The position numbers were made by a program, and so were the translations under genes. Of a stretch of DNA of 64,000 nt, positions 1 through 12,997 are shown piece by piece. The notes under the pieces were generated by a model. That model did not search any database, was not told the DNA's origin, and was given only the letters and a program-made list of their open reading frames with translations. The stretch covers positions 153,698,001 through 153,762,000 of the forward strand of contig NC_042999.1 in assembly GCF_006345805.1 (NCBI RefSeq). Direction: 5' to 3'. Numbering within the stretch: the stretch's first letter is position 1; each line of letters opens with the position of its first letter. Source of the DNA: Octopus sinensis (lineage: Eukaryota).

Positions 1-60
1 ACCGCAAATAAAAGTCAATTCCGTAAACAGGAGAAAATTTTAAAAAACATTTACCCTGTA

Positions 61-166
61 ATTTCTTATACGATGCACCGTTCGTCTGCTGTTTAATGGT
101 AAACTAACCTGATTAAATTAAATCAAGCCAATCTTCCATAGGCCCTCAGATTCATCAGTAAGAAAT
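61..166 (-). ncRNA. Inverted copy of the same hammerhead, with GAAA reduced to GAA
   Basis: Reverse complement of 588-694 with one A missing in the GAAA core. Confidence 0.55.
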
Positions 167-587
167 AGCCACAAGTCGGAACAGATATTTTCACGAGGCA
201 TCTCCGACCCTGCCAAGGTAATATCTGACCTAAAATTTTCAAATCATCGCACTCGCGCCAAATTTATCGGCAGCAAATAAATATAAGCCGTCGATTCCAT
301 TACGGAATTAACCAGAAAATTCATAATTAATCAATATAGGGTGGCAAAAAAAAAAAATTTTGTAGAATTTTTTTGCCACCAGCGGCCTAGTGGGAAAAAA
401 TTAAATAGTCATAGACCATTTTTAAGTTCAACATCAACAATCAAGGAACGGCCATAATAGGCCATTCACCCACTAGAAATAACAGCCAAAGCTTCAACCG
501 CAAATAAAAGTCAATTCCGTAAACAGGAGAAAATTTTAAAAACATTTACGAGATGCCTCGTGAAAATATCTGTTCCGACTTGTGGCT

Positions 588-694
588 ATTTCTTACTGAT
601 GAATCTGAGGGCCTATGGAAGATTGGCTTGATTTAATTTAATCAGGTTAGTTTACCATTAAACAGCAGACGAAACGGTGCATCGTATAAGAAAT
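588..694 (+). ncRNA. Type I hammerhead ribozyme with expanded domain II
   Basis: Stem I ATTTCTTA (588-595)/TAAGAAAT (687-694); core CTGATGA (596-602); GAAA (671-674); stem III ACGG-TGCA-TCGT; GUA cleavage triplet (684-686). Confidence 0.75.
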
Positions 695-1204
695 TACAGG
701 GTAAATGTTTTTAAAATTTTCTCCTGTTTACGGAATTGACTTTTATTTGCGGTTGAAGCTTTGGCTGTTATTTCTAGTGGGTGAATGGCCTATTATGGCC
801 GTTCCTTGATTGTTGATATATATATATATATATATATATGGATGGATGTAAGTATGTATGTATGTCATTGTTCAGTTTTATTTCAAGATTATTGCCAATA
901 CAGAAAGAATTTGTTTCTGACCTACATCCAAGGCTCCTTCATTGGAATTTCAACATCAACAACAGGGTATGTATGTATGTATGTATGTGTGCAGATTTGT
1001 ATGTTTTGTTTTATGTATGTATTCTCATGCACATAGTTGCATATCTAGACATGCTCATATATGTTTAAATGATAGACTTCTGTGTGTCAGTGTGTGTGTG
1101 TGTGTGTGTGTGTGTGTAGTGTGTGTGCATGTGTGTGTGCGCGCGCATGTGTATGCGTGTGTTAGTGTGTGTGTGTATGCGTGTATCTTTGTATCAGTGT
1201 TTTT

Positions 1205-1400
1205 CCTTACCCACCACATAACAATCGGCGCTGGTGTGTTTGCGTCCACTCAACTTAGCGGTACGGTTTAAAAGGCCGACAGAATAAATACCAGGCTTCA
1301 AAAAATAAAATAAATAAATACTAGGGTCGATTCATTCAACTAAAAATTCTTCAAGGTGGTGCTCCAGCATGGCCACAGTCTAATGAATGAAACAAAACAA
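1205..1400 (+). mobile_element. SINE family A, 3' half
   Basis: Similar to 5335-5524 (ctggtgtgttt...acttagcgg...gtcgatt...ccagcatggcc.cagtc..atga.tgaaacaa). Confidence 0.75.
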
Positions 1401-1965
1401 AACAAAAAACAAAGAAAAAGATTTTAAAAAAACGCGACGAAATGTACTTTTAAATTGTATGTAAGACTGGATGAAGCTAACCAACTTCTGTGCCAAATAA
1501 CTTCTTACCAATACCTTCTTCTCCAGAGCACGGAATTTATTCAGATGTGCCAAGCCTTGTATGAAAAGTGATCCAGTTATTTCTGAACTTTTAATCATAC
1601 GAAAACTACGAAATAGAATCAGTGAGATAATGGTGTACGTCAAAATGGAAACGAAATACGTAAGACAAAACGACTCACCGTTTCTTTTATATTCTCAAGA
1701 CACTACATTATTTCAGTTTGAAATTTAAGCCTTATAAATTCATTAACACGTTCCAAAACCATTCCCATAAGACTTCGTCAATTATGTGTGAAATACAAAC
1801 CTTTTAAAACACAATGTCACGTGCAGAAATCATTCTTAGCCATCAGCATCAGTTCGTTTGTTTTGCCTTGTTTTTATTTGTTTCTCTAGTTTTTGCTGTT
1901 CTTTTAAGTATTTGTTTGTGATTGGAATCTGAAAACCGTAAGCACTACTGACTATTATTTTTTAT

Positions 1966-2130
1966 GTATAAGCACGGCTGTATAGTTGAGAAGTTCGCTT
2001 CGTTACTTTCTGGTTGAAGGATCAGTCCCGCTGCACGGCTCTTCCCGCAAGTGTCTTCTACAATAGCTCCGAGTCGACCAGTGCGAATGAGTGAATTTGG
2101 TAAGCGGAAACTGCGCAGAGACCCATCATA
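1966..2130 (+). mobile_element. SINE family A, diverged 5' half
   Basis: Similar to 5130-5296 (cagtcccgctgc...gcaagtgtcttctacaatagc...ggaaactg). Confidence 0.7.
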
Positions 2131-2184
2131 TATACATAAGTGCGCACACACACACACATACACACATGTACATGGGGAGGTACA

Positions 2185-2222
<38 letters not shown>

Positions 2223-2381
2223 CGACCACTGAACTCAACACGCTTTTCTCATTCTGTCTTTATTTCCTCTTATTCCTACCTTTCGGAGAGCGTAGACTTC
2301 TCCATTTTTCCAAGCGTCAAACTAATACACTTGCTTGTTGTTCCTACACCTGTCTTCGTCTGTTTTTCTATAAATTTGAAC

Positions 2382-2413
<32 letters not shown>

Positions 2414-2424
2414 GTGTGTGTGTG

Positions 2425-2744
2425 AATGCGCGTGGCTTAGAGGCTATGACATTCGACACGCGATCGTAAAGTCGTGAGTTCAATTCCCGGCAACACGTTC
2501 TGTCCTTGAGCAAGAAACTTTATTTCCCGTTGCTCCAGTCCACTTAGCTGGTAAATATCTGTAGTACCTGTATTTCAGAGGGTCAGCTTTGTCACACTCT
2601 GTGTCACGCTGAATCTCCCTGAGAACTACGTTAAGGGTACACGTGTCTGTGAAGTACTCAGCCACGTGCACGTTAATTTCACGAGAAAGCCGTTCCATTG
2701 ATCGTATCAGCTGGGACCCTCGTCGTCGTAACCGACAGAGTGCT

Positions 2745-2745
<1 letters not shown>
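2425..2745 (+). mobile_element. tRNA-derived SINE, family C
   Basis: A-box-like gtggcttagagg, B-box gagttcaattcc, body tgtccttgagcaagaaactttatttcccgttgctccagtccacttagctgg; followed by (TA)n. Confidence 0.7.
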
Positions 2746-2786
<41 letters not shown>

Positions 2787-3067
2787 GGTTTGGAGATGAT
2801 GTACAGGTATTATATATTAAAAGAAATTAGGTACTCAAAAATCTGGATGGTTTTATATTTACAGATTTTTATTAATATGTCACATGTGTGCTTGTGTGTG
2901 TGTGTAGACCTGTATTTGTGCGTCTTTGAGAAAGTTTCCTACTGCTTGACAACCGGTGTTTTTTAGTTTATGTCCATTTAACTAAGCAGTTTGGCAACAA
3001 GCAAAAATCTGACACAAAATAATAACTACTAAACTTTAAAAAAATATATAGGTACTCGGGTCGATAT

Positions 3068-3476
3068 ACTCTTTTACTCTTTACTCTTTTACTTGTTTCA
3101 GTCATTTGACTGCGGCCATGCTGGAGCACCGCCTTTAATCGAGCATCTCGACCCCCAGGACTTATTCTTTAGTAAGCCCAGTACTTATTCTATCGGTCTC
3201 TTTTGCCGAACCGCTAAGTAACGGGGACATAAACACACCAGCATCGGTTGTCAAGCAATGCTAGGGGTACAAACACAGACACACACACACACATATATAT
3301 ATATACATATATTCGACGGGCTTCTTTCAGTTTCCGTCTACCAAATCCACTCACAAGGCTTTGGTCGGCCTGAGGCTATAGTAGAAGACACTTGCCCAAG
3401 GTGCCACGCAGTGGGACTGAACCCGGAACCATGTGGTTGGTAAACAAGCTACTTACCACACAGCCACTCCTGCGCC
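3068..3476 (-). mobile_element. Full-length tRNA-derived SINE family A with internal (CA)/(TA) microsatellite
   Basis: Reverse complement of 5130-5524; ends in (AAAAGAGT)n. Confidence 0.9.
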
Positions 3477-4122
3477 TATGATATGATCAATTTACTTTTC
3501 AAAGCAATGCTCCAAAATGGTTGCAATCCAATGAATAAAACCAACCGACAGTATACATAAAATTATATGAAGCACATACATCAGAACCCACATAAAAAAA
3601 ATCTGGGATCGAATTCTGTTTAGTGTTAATTTCTTATACTTTTACCTACTTTATTTTCTCACTATGTCTATCGAACAAGCACGATCCTTCAAAGGTCAAT
3701 ATTATCTGGTTTCCCTTTCAAGATCGTTTCAAGATAATTGAATTTTCGGTGTCGATTTCATTGATTTTCAGTTCACCGTAAAATGGATGGATTCGTGCCA
3801 ATATGAGAAAATAGTGTTTACATTCAATATATATAAAGAATTCTTTGACCAATCCTAGCTTAGAGATTTATTAATTAATCTGTTTAGTATCGTAATTCCT
3901 AAGTTCTTTGGGTTTGTTTTTTTAAGTCAGTAAACAACGTTCGTCTGTACTGGCCGCTCCAGGAAGTTTGATGTCTGGAGAGAAAGAAAAAAAAGCCGTT
4001 TCTGTTTAATAGAATCAATTATTGTAAATAATCGTCATGGGCTTAGCGTATATACTTTCACGATGGTTGATAGATAGATAGGCATACACATATGTGTGTG
4101 TATGATTTTGTAAGAATCTGTG

Positions 4123-4171
<49 letters not shown>

Positions 4172-4269
4172 ATAAGTGAATATTCATATGAATACTCGTA
4201 AAGATATTATTATTATTATTATTATTATTATCATCATCATCCTCAGCGGCAAATCTAAATAATTGAAAA

Positions 4270-4720
4270 TAACTCTTTCTACTCTAGGTAAAGGGCCTTG
4301 AAAATTTTGGGGGAAGGAGTATAGTCAATTACATCGACCCGCAGTGCTCAACTGCTACTTATTTCATCGACCCCGAAAGGATGACAAGCGAAGTCGACCG
4401 CGGCAAAATTTGAACTCAGAACGTAGCGACAGACGAAATACCGCTAAGCATTTCGTCCGGCATGCTAACGATTCTGCCAGCTCGCCGCCATCTGTAATTG
4501 ATAATAATACTTTCTACTATAAGTACAAGGCCTGAAATTTGGGGAAGGAGGCTAGTTGATTACATTGACCCCCAGCACTCAAATGGTACTTAATTTATCG
4601 ACCCCGAAAGGATTAAAGGCAAAGTCGACCTCAGCGAAATTTGAACTCAGAACATAAAGACAGACGAAACACCGCTAAGCATTTCGCCCGGCGTGCTTAT
4701 GATTCTGCCAACTCGCCACC
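4270..4720 (-). mobile_element. Two adjacent SINE family B copies (~4270-4489 and ~4515-4720)
   Basis: Reverse complements of ggcggcgagctggcagaatcgttagc...gagttcaaatt...gaggtcgactt...ggggtcgat. Confidence 0.85.
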
Positions 4721-5129
4721 TTACATAATTGATAGGAATAACAACAATAACATTAGTGGCAGCAAGCGATATTACCATTGAACAGCTATACAATAAATTC
4801 ATAATTATATCAGAGGGTACGCGAATAACCAGCTTGCTAGAAAGGTAAAACTCCCCGATTTAACCACCAATATCACTGAAATTATGCAACGGACCAACAG
4901 AAATCTGACAAACGAGTAGAATTTGACATACTAACTCAGCTAAAAAGCCGTAGAATGAGGTAACATATACCTGGATCATGATTTCAAATTCTGGCTAGAG
5001 CATCAATCCTCCTCTGCAAGACTTGCCGTACCTAAAATGAAAAATCTATCACGCCTCGTTGTAATACGTTACGTCTTGAATAGCCACGCGCCAGAATATA
5101 TATATGTGTATGTGTGTACTTATATATAT

Positions 5130-5524
5130 AGGCGCAGGAGTGGCTGTGTGGTAAGTAGCTTGCTTACCAACCACATGGTTCCGGGTTCAGTCCCACTGCG
5201 TGGCACCTTCGGCAAGTGTCTTCTACTATAGCCTTGGGCCAACCAATGCCTTGTGAGTGGATTTGGTAGACGGAAACTGAAAGAAGCCTGTCGTATATAT
5301 GCATATATATATATATGTATGTGTGTGTCTGTGTTTGTCCCCCTAGCATTGCTTGACAACCGATTCTGGTGTGTTTACGTTCCCGTAACTTAGCGGTTCG
5401 GCAAAAGAGACCGATAGAATAAGTACTGGGCTTACAAAGAATAAGTCCCGGGGTCGATTTGCTCGACTAAAAGCGGTGTCCACCATGGCTGCAGTCAAAT
5501 GACTGAAACAAGTAAAAGAGTAAA
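5130..5524 (+). mobile_element. Full-length tRNA-derived SINE family A
   Basis: Head GGCGCAGGAGTGGCTGTGTGGTAAG (A box) ... GGTTCAGTCCC (B box); internal (TA)/(TG) tract; 3' half ends aaacaagtaaaagagtaaa. Confidence 0.9.
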
Positions 5525-5559
5525 TAAGAATATATAAATTTAAAATACTAATTTTAAAA

Positions 5560-5970
5560 TTTAAATTTAAATTTAAATAACTGTTTTCTAACCGGCAAAA
5601 TTCACTGCAGAGAATTATTTTCTGAAGAATTATTTCCGGTATTTTAGCGCGCCAAAATGAAGACTTATGAAAGATAACCCCAAATGTAATTTGTAGAACT
5701 GTATACATGTTCAATCTCATGCGGACGTCTCGTGTATAGTTCTGTAAATTATATTTGCAATGACGATCATACTGAAGAGCTACGGACAATTACTTAATTG
5801 AGAAATTAGTTTATGATTAATCTATATTTTGTTTCTTTTCATTTGTCGTGCTCGCTTACGTTCTGGCGTTTGCTAAATTTTCTTGCGAACATTCCTTTCT
5901 TAATGGTAAGACCATAGCGGATCTACTTCTAGCATAATGGATGTCCACGTAGTAATCATCCCTCTTATAT
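5560..5970 (+). mobile_element. Small hammerhead-bearing repeat, same family as 41946-42615 in the opposite orientation
   Basis: Aligns to the reverse complement of ~42060-42470 (ctaaccggca..attcactgcaga, gctcgcttacgttctgg, ggatgtccac). Confidence 0.75.
5765..5818 (+). ncRNA. Type I hammerhead motif with irregular stems II and III
   Basis: Stem I GATCATA/TATGATT, CTGAAGA (5772-5778), GAAA (5802-5805), A-TTAG-T-T. Confidence 0.55.
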
Positions 5971-6155
5971 GTATGTAATATACATACATACATATATATA
6001 TGCATACCACTAAGGTTCAAATGCCACCAAAGTCGACTTTACCTTTAGTCCTTTTGTGGTCGATAAAATAAGTACCAGTGATGTACTGAGGTCGATGTAA
6101 TCGATTTACTCGACCTTGCTGGCATTGTGCCAAGATTTGAAATCATTATTATTAA

Positions 6156-6960
<805 letters not shown>

Positions 6961-6962
6961 TA

Positions 6963-7002
<40 letters not shown>

Positions 7003-7040
7003 GTTATCATCATCATCATCATTATTATTATTATTATTAT

Positions 7041-7125
<85 letters not shown>

Positions 7126-7266
7126 TATTATTAGTCAGTAGTTTTATTTTTTAATAGCGTGCTTTCACTTCACTACCGAGCGCAACTCTGTGTACCCTGG
7201 GTATGTGCTATGCTTTGCTGTGATGTTATCATTATCATCATCATCATCATCATCATCATAATCATT

Positions 7267-7305
<39 letters not shown>

Positions 7306-7375
7306 GTCGTCGTCGTCGTCATCATCATCATCATCATCGTCGTCGTCGTCATCATCATAATCATCATCATCATCA

Positions 7376-7434
<59 letters not shown>

Positions 7435-7732
7435 GGTTTGGCTAAAATGATTAACAGAGATTTTTAACTGTAACGTTTTAACGGTTTTGCGGTGTGACTT
7501 GATATTTCATTTAATAAGTCTATCAATAACGTCATGTTGATGTAAACAACTGGGGATATTAACTCTGAAAATAATATTTGTAAAAGGTAATGAAAACCAG
7601 TTCCGAAATATTAATTTATCAATCATATTTGCTAACATTTAAACACGTTACCGACATTGAAGTAGATAAATCCAGCACTGTATCTATTTTTATATTAATA
7701 CTTTTACCAAAATCATTTAGCTTTATATTAAA

Positions 7733-8120
7733 CTAGCAGTATCGCCCGGCGTTGCTCGGGTTTGTAAGGGAAATAACTATAAAGCATTTTTAGAGAGTTA
7801 TAGCCAAAAAATAGCAAAAAAATGCATTAAAAATGGAAAAAATATGATGGTAATTTTTTTTTAAATCGTTGACTCATCGTAGACATTTTTAGAGAGTTAC
7901 TTCCCTTTAAAAAATATGCATTAAAATGGAAAAAATGATGGTAAATTATTTTTAAAATCGTAGACTCATCGTAGACGCGCGCTAATACCCAGAAGGGCTC
8001 GATATGAATCACGACTATAAGATACCCGGTTTTAGTTAAACTGCACCGCAAAATGTGGGAGTAGTTAGGAATCTAAATCGGAGTAGACAGACACACAACC
8101 ATACTTTTATATATAAAGAT
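7733..8120 (+). mobile_element. Non-autonomous Helitron/Helentron-like element
   Basis: Starts ACTAGCAGTATCGCCCGGCGTTGCTCGGG (short hairpin) and ends acagacacaca...cttttatatataaagat; second copy at ~24078-24375. Confidence 0.6.
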
Positions 8121-8424
8121 ATCTAACGTTGGAAATATTCTTTCTCTGCTTCTTTTCCCTCTGATTCTTCGAAGCATGTTGCTTATATGACAGTTTACCA
8201 TTTCTTTACACAGTTCTTTGCATTTTCATTGAACTTCGTAAGGATTCTTTTAGCCCAAAGTTTGGGCAGTAAATGGCAAATAAAGCAGCGCTCCATAGTG
8301 TGGTCTGCTTCTCCAGGTTTAAAGGTGGTTGGACCAATCTTGTAGCCCCCATTTGACCAAAACTTTTCATCGTCCCGTTCTCAGTTAAGTCTTTTCCATT
8401 GGATCCATGGTGCTTCTGAGCTAG

Positions 8425-8483
<59 letters not shown>

Positions 8484-8554
8484 GGGTCTATAGCAAGGGT
8501 GGATTCCCATGTCCTTTTGAAGCTTTTCCAGCCAGAGCTGGAATCTGGTTTCTT

Positions 8555-8970
8555 ATTTCTTTATTGCCCACAAGGGTTAAACATAGAGGGGACAAAGACG
8601 GACAGACAAACAGATTAAGTCAATTACATCGACCCCAGTGCGTAACTGGTACTTAATTTATCGACCCCGAAAGGATGAAAGGCAAAGACGACCTCGGCAG
8701 AATTTGAACTCAGAACGTAGCGGCAGACGAAATACCTATTTCTTTACTACCCACAAGGGGCTAAACACAGAGAGGACAAACAAGGACAGACAAAGGGATT
8801 AAGTCGATTATATCAACCCCAGTTCGTAACTGGTGCCTATTTAATCGACTCCGAAAGGATAAAAGGCAAAGTCGACCTCGGCGGAATTTGAACCCAGATG
8901 GTAGCGGCAGGCGAAATACTGCTAAGCATTTCGCCCGGCGTGCTAACGTTTCTGCCAGCTCACCGCCTTA
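8555..8970 (-). mobile_element. Head-to-tail dimer of SINE family B with Tx1-like tail
   Basis: Two ~185-bp units, each ending gtttagccccttgtggg(c/t)a(g/a)taaagaaat on the - strand. Confidence 0.85.
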
Positions 8971-9084
8971 AAAGAGATGTGGAATAATACAAAGGGAAAC
9001 CGTTCACAACTCCTACATGTACACATATACACGCACGCACACACATGTTAGATACATATACTCACAGACACACATAACACTGTA

Positions 9085-9330
9085 ACTGTGTCACTGTATC
9101 GACTAGTTATACACCGCTGGTCACGATGCATTTCCTTACATTGTTTTAGCTTTCGAATGTCGCTACCCCGCCGGCCAGGCAGGCAAGTACCCCTCTGAAT
9201 CGAGCGTCGGTCCGTTGCCAGTTTATACATTTACAGGTGAGTGGCCTGGAATAACGGGAAATGAGGTGCTTTGCCCAAGAACACAATGCACCACCGGTCT
9301 GGGAATCGAAACTGCGACCTTGCAATCTCA
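9085..9330 (-). mobile_element. tRNA-derived SINE related to family C
   Basis: Reverse complement has B-box gtttcgattccc, body tgttcttgggcaaagcacctcatttccc, and tail gcggggtagcgacattcgaaagctaaaacaatg shared with 12725-12845. Confidence 0.65.
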
Positions 9331-9514
9331 TTCTTCATTTTGTCTCTTAATTTTGAAGCTTTACACCCGCCAGGAAGTGTACAAAAACGTTTATCTCAAG
9401 CAGACAGCTAAACATTGGCATATATCTCTAATTTCCTGCGTCTGCGATAAAACAGGTGAAAACTTACTTCGAAATCAAAACATGAACTACATATATATCT
9501 ATATACCTACTTAC

Positions 9515-9609
<95 letters not shown>

Positions 9610-9769
9610 AACATATATATATATATATTATGTGTGTGTGTGGTGTGTGTGTGTGTGTGTGTTGTGTGTGTGTGTTTTAACATATATATATATATATATA
9701 TATATTATGTTAAAACACATTCGTTATTTAATTATAATATATTATTTTATTACATAGGCACAGTGCCAA

Positions 9770-9950
9770 AAATTTTGGAGGAGGAGTTGGTAGATTATAT
9801 TTAAGCTTAATATTTGTCTGGTATTCTATTTTATCGACTCCAGAAGGATAAACAGCAAAGTTAGCTCCGGCAGGATTTGAACTCAAAATGAAAAGAAGCA
9901 AAACCTCCTGGAAAGAATTTTCTCCAAGGATCTAACGCTTTTGCCAATCT
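9770..9950 (-). mobile_element. Decayed SINE family B
   Basis: ttttatcgactccagaaggataaacagcaaagttagctccggcaggatttgaactc. Confidence 0.65.
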
Positions 9951-10020
9951 AACGGTTCTTTAAGATGGTAACTTGATTTATAGTTAGTATATAAAGGATA
10001 TATATATATATATATACACA

Positions 10021-10068
<48 letters not shown>

Positions 10069-10289
10069 ATGTGTGCAAGAGAGAGAGAGAGAGACAGAGA
10101 TAGAGATAGAGTTTGTGTTTGTGTATACGAGTGATTTGTCAAACGGAAAAAAGCGGCACTGAACATATTTAGGGGAAGATGATGTGATGTTGTGACGTTC
10201 ATACGTATTTTCTTTCAGAGAAATTACTTCGGCTAGATAAGACAGGAACTTCTTAATTTCTTTATTTTTCATACCGCAAAGTTGTTTAA

Positions 10290-10676
10290 TCTTAACCAGT
10301 TGAGCATCTCCTTAGAGGCTGACGAAATCCCTGATCAAGAGCAAAAGTAGTTGGAGAGCAGCATAGCCATGTGTTGAGAGGAATTCTTCGAAATATTCAC
10401 CCCTGGAAGCATGTATGTTTCATCATTCTTAAACAACCCCTATTCATCGACCTTTTGAGCGGGATGAGCTTCTTAACCTGAAGAAAATTCTAACTGGTCC
10501 TACCTGCAAGGTCATGCGTTGTTTATCGTGATATGAGATCACTAATTCGTGCACATATTGTTGTAAGGCATTGCCTGGTGTAAGTTTATCAGATGGGTAG
10601 TCATGATGGGTTTACATGGCTTCGTAAATTTGCACTTCAGCGTCACTTTGATGGCATGCACTGCTCTCCCACTCAG
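10290..10676 (+). mobile_element. Repeat family D (probable LINE 3' UTR), 5'-truncated
   Basis: Aligns to 18720-19131; ends cactgctctcccactcag followed by (TGA)n. Confidence 0.75.
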
Positions 10677-10680
10677 TAAT

Positions 10681-10725
<45 letters not shown>

Positions 10726-11049
10726 GAAGAAGAAGAAGAAGAAGAAGAAGAAGGGTAGGAGGAGAAGGAGGAGGAGAAGAAGAAGAAGAAGAAGAAGAAG
10801 AAGAAGAAGAAGAAGAAGAAGAAGAAGAAGAAGAAGATCATATTTCTTGATGCTTGCACAAAATGATGAAATGAATACTAATATTCTAAAGAATAGAATT
10901 TCTACTTTAAAATCTTATAAAATACAATCAATTTCTCACTTGTGGAACTTTTCCCATAACTTTCATTCATTCTCATTCTCCCCGTCCTCCTCTGTCGCTA
11001 TGATCACACACACACACACACACATACACACACACACATACACACACAC

Positions 11050-11100
<51 letters not shown>

Positions 11101-11110
11101 TATATATATA

Positions 11111-11650
11111 TAGGGGTTGAACAAAATAATGGAAACACCTAGCTTCATAGCATCATAATTTTGAAGTATCTATAAAACTGTCAGAAGCTTGTTTATTTTT
11201 ATGCTTTTTGATTTATTATTAGTGTTGCTTAATATGTTTTGCTAAAATTGCTGTTTCTTTTCAGATATCGTCAGAAAAAGTAATTAAAATTCATTAAAAT
11301 GACAAATCTATTGGACTTTCAAAGAGGTTAAATTGTTTGTGCTTCTATGGCAGACGCTAGCGTAAGGAAAACAGCCGAAATGTTTGGTGTCTCAAAAAGT
11401 ATTGTCTCGAAAGTAATGACAGCCTTTGAGAAAGAGGGGAAAAATCCACCTCGTCAAAACAAAACTCCGGAAGAAAACCAAAACTTTCAGATAGGGACCG
11501 TCGGAATTATTAGAAAGGATCGCAAAATTACAGCTCCTAAAATTAATTCAGAGCTTAATGACCACCTCGAGAACGCAGTTTCCACAAAAAAACTGTTCGC
11601 CGGGAGCTGCACAAAGCCGGATTTCACCTGTAATCAGAAAACCACTACTT
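11111..11650 (+). mobile_element. Tc1-like transposon, left end with transposase N-terminal remnant
   Basis: TIR-like (TA)GGGGTTGAACAAAATAATGGAAACACC next to (TA)n; ORF 11347-11712 ASVRKTAEMFGVSKSIVSKVMTAFEKEGK...IIRKDRKITAPKINSELNDHLENAVST is a paired-HTH region. No DDE domain or right TIR seen. Confidence 0.8.
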
Positions 11651-11753
11651 TCAAAAGCAAAAATATATGTAATGAAAGCAATGAAAGAAGACACTATAGG
11701 GACAAGTTTTAATAAATATTGTAGTATTTCAACACTTAAAAGAAAGAGAACAT

Positions 11754-11795
11754 ATTTTAACGTTTCGGATGCCACTCCTTCATCTTGAGTAAAAT
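11754..11795 (-). ncRNA. Decayed minimal hammerhead-like motif
   Basis: ATTTT-ACTC-AAGATGA-A-GGA/TCC-GAAA-CG-TT-AAAAT; the first two core positions are non-canonical. Confidence 0.3.
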
Positions 11796-12724
11796 GTAGA
11801 AAAGTGCAGTAGCAGAGTGACAGAGTGGTTGGATGAAAAACATTATATAAATCTATATTTATATACATGTACGTATATCTATGTATGCATGTATATATGT
11901 ATGTATGCATGTATTTATGTATGTATGTTGAAGAGACGACAGGAAAACTATTCAAAGGAACATGTTACTCTTAATTAAGAAATTAAGAGAAACCCAGAGA
12001 AAAAGAAAATACGCCTGAACGTCACAACATCACATTACTTATCCCCTAAAGTATTTTGAGTCGATCTAAAGCAAAGATTTCAATATATTGATAGTACTAA
12101 AGTCCTTGAAAAACCTTCACTGTCCCAATATTGATAAGGATATCCTTGCGCTAAGAAAAATGTCAATATTATTGATAATGGAATGAATTTTCCTGAAAAG
12201 GCCAAGCTAACGACGAATCATTGATATATCAATGACGGAGTAATATGATACGGAGTGTTTGCAAGGTAAATAAAACGTTGGAAAAAGCACTAAAGGAAAT
12301 ATTTTGTTAGATAAATAAAAGTTTGATGGGTGTAAAATAAGTTCATTCGTGTCGTCGTTGCCAATATCTTTAAACAATATGAGTCGTCGATTAATCTCTT
12401 TATAATAAAAATATCGATTTAAATGTTGGTTGGTCGGTCGGTCGGTTGATCGGTCGATCGGTTGGTTGGTTGGTTGGTTGGTTGATTTGTTAAGTTACGC
12501 GTTACATTCTATAGAGAGTTGAAGAGGAGGGGAGAGGCAGTACAAGACAGACATTGAAACACAAGAAGAGTACGAGAAGAAATACTAGGTTTGATGGTAG
12601 GCAATCAGTAAATGAACGATAAACACACACACACACACACACACCACACACACACACACTCACACACATATATATATATATACACACATACAAATGCATA
12701 TATATATATATACATACAAATATA

Positions 12725-12845
12725 TATTGGCCTGCTCGCTTAGCCAGCGGGGTGGCGTCATTCGAAGGCTAAAACAATGCGAACGCATTGTGACCAGCGA
12801 TGTGTAACAACATCTGATAGTCTGGTCGGTCACGTGGTCACGTGA
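12725..12845 (+). mobile_element. SINE family C-related 3' fragment
   Basis: agcggggtggcgtcattcgaaggctaaaacaatgcgaacgcattgtgaccagcg matches the tail of 9085-9330. Confidence 0.65.
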
Positions 12846-12939
12846 TATATATATAATTCATAAATGAGGGCAAAGGAAAAGAATTCTAATGCCAAATATG
12901 CCGAAAAATTGGACATATTGGACATAAAAATTCCATTAT

Positions 12940-12997
12940 TACCATATCGGGCCGATTTCAGAGTTAGCTACTAAGAGCCCTCTCTTCGTCAGTGATA
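12940..12997 (-). ncRNA. Type I hammerhead motif
   Basis: TATCA-CTGACGA-AGAG...CTCT-GAAA-TCGGCCCGAT-A-TGGTA; stem III ATCG/CGAT, AUA triplet, 5-bp stem I. Confidence 0.6.

Larger units (their letters stand above)
1..816. mobile_element. PLE-terminus-like / retrozyme-like element: ~495-bp monomer in partial tandem on the - strand (runs off the window start) plus an inverted partial copy at 550-816
   Basis: 1-204 is the reverse complement of ~550-753, and 434-548 of ~700-816. CATTTAC recurs at 48-54 and 543-549 (period ~495). Both orientations carry a hammerhead motif. Confidence 0.65.

Noticed and set aside
5130-5205. tRNA gene at SINE heads
   Set aside because: A and B boxes are present, but the sequence continues into a multi-copy SINE body and does not close a cloverleaf.
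8150-8420. Coding-like - strand segment (PWIQWKRLN*...CFICHLLPKLWAK)
   Set aside because: It has in-frame stops and no motif I can assign; possibly a very old LINE fragment.
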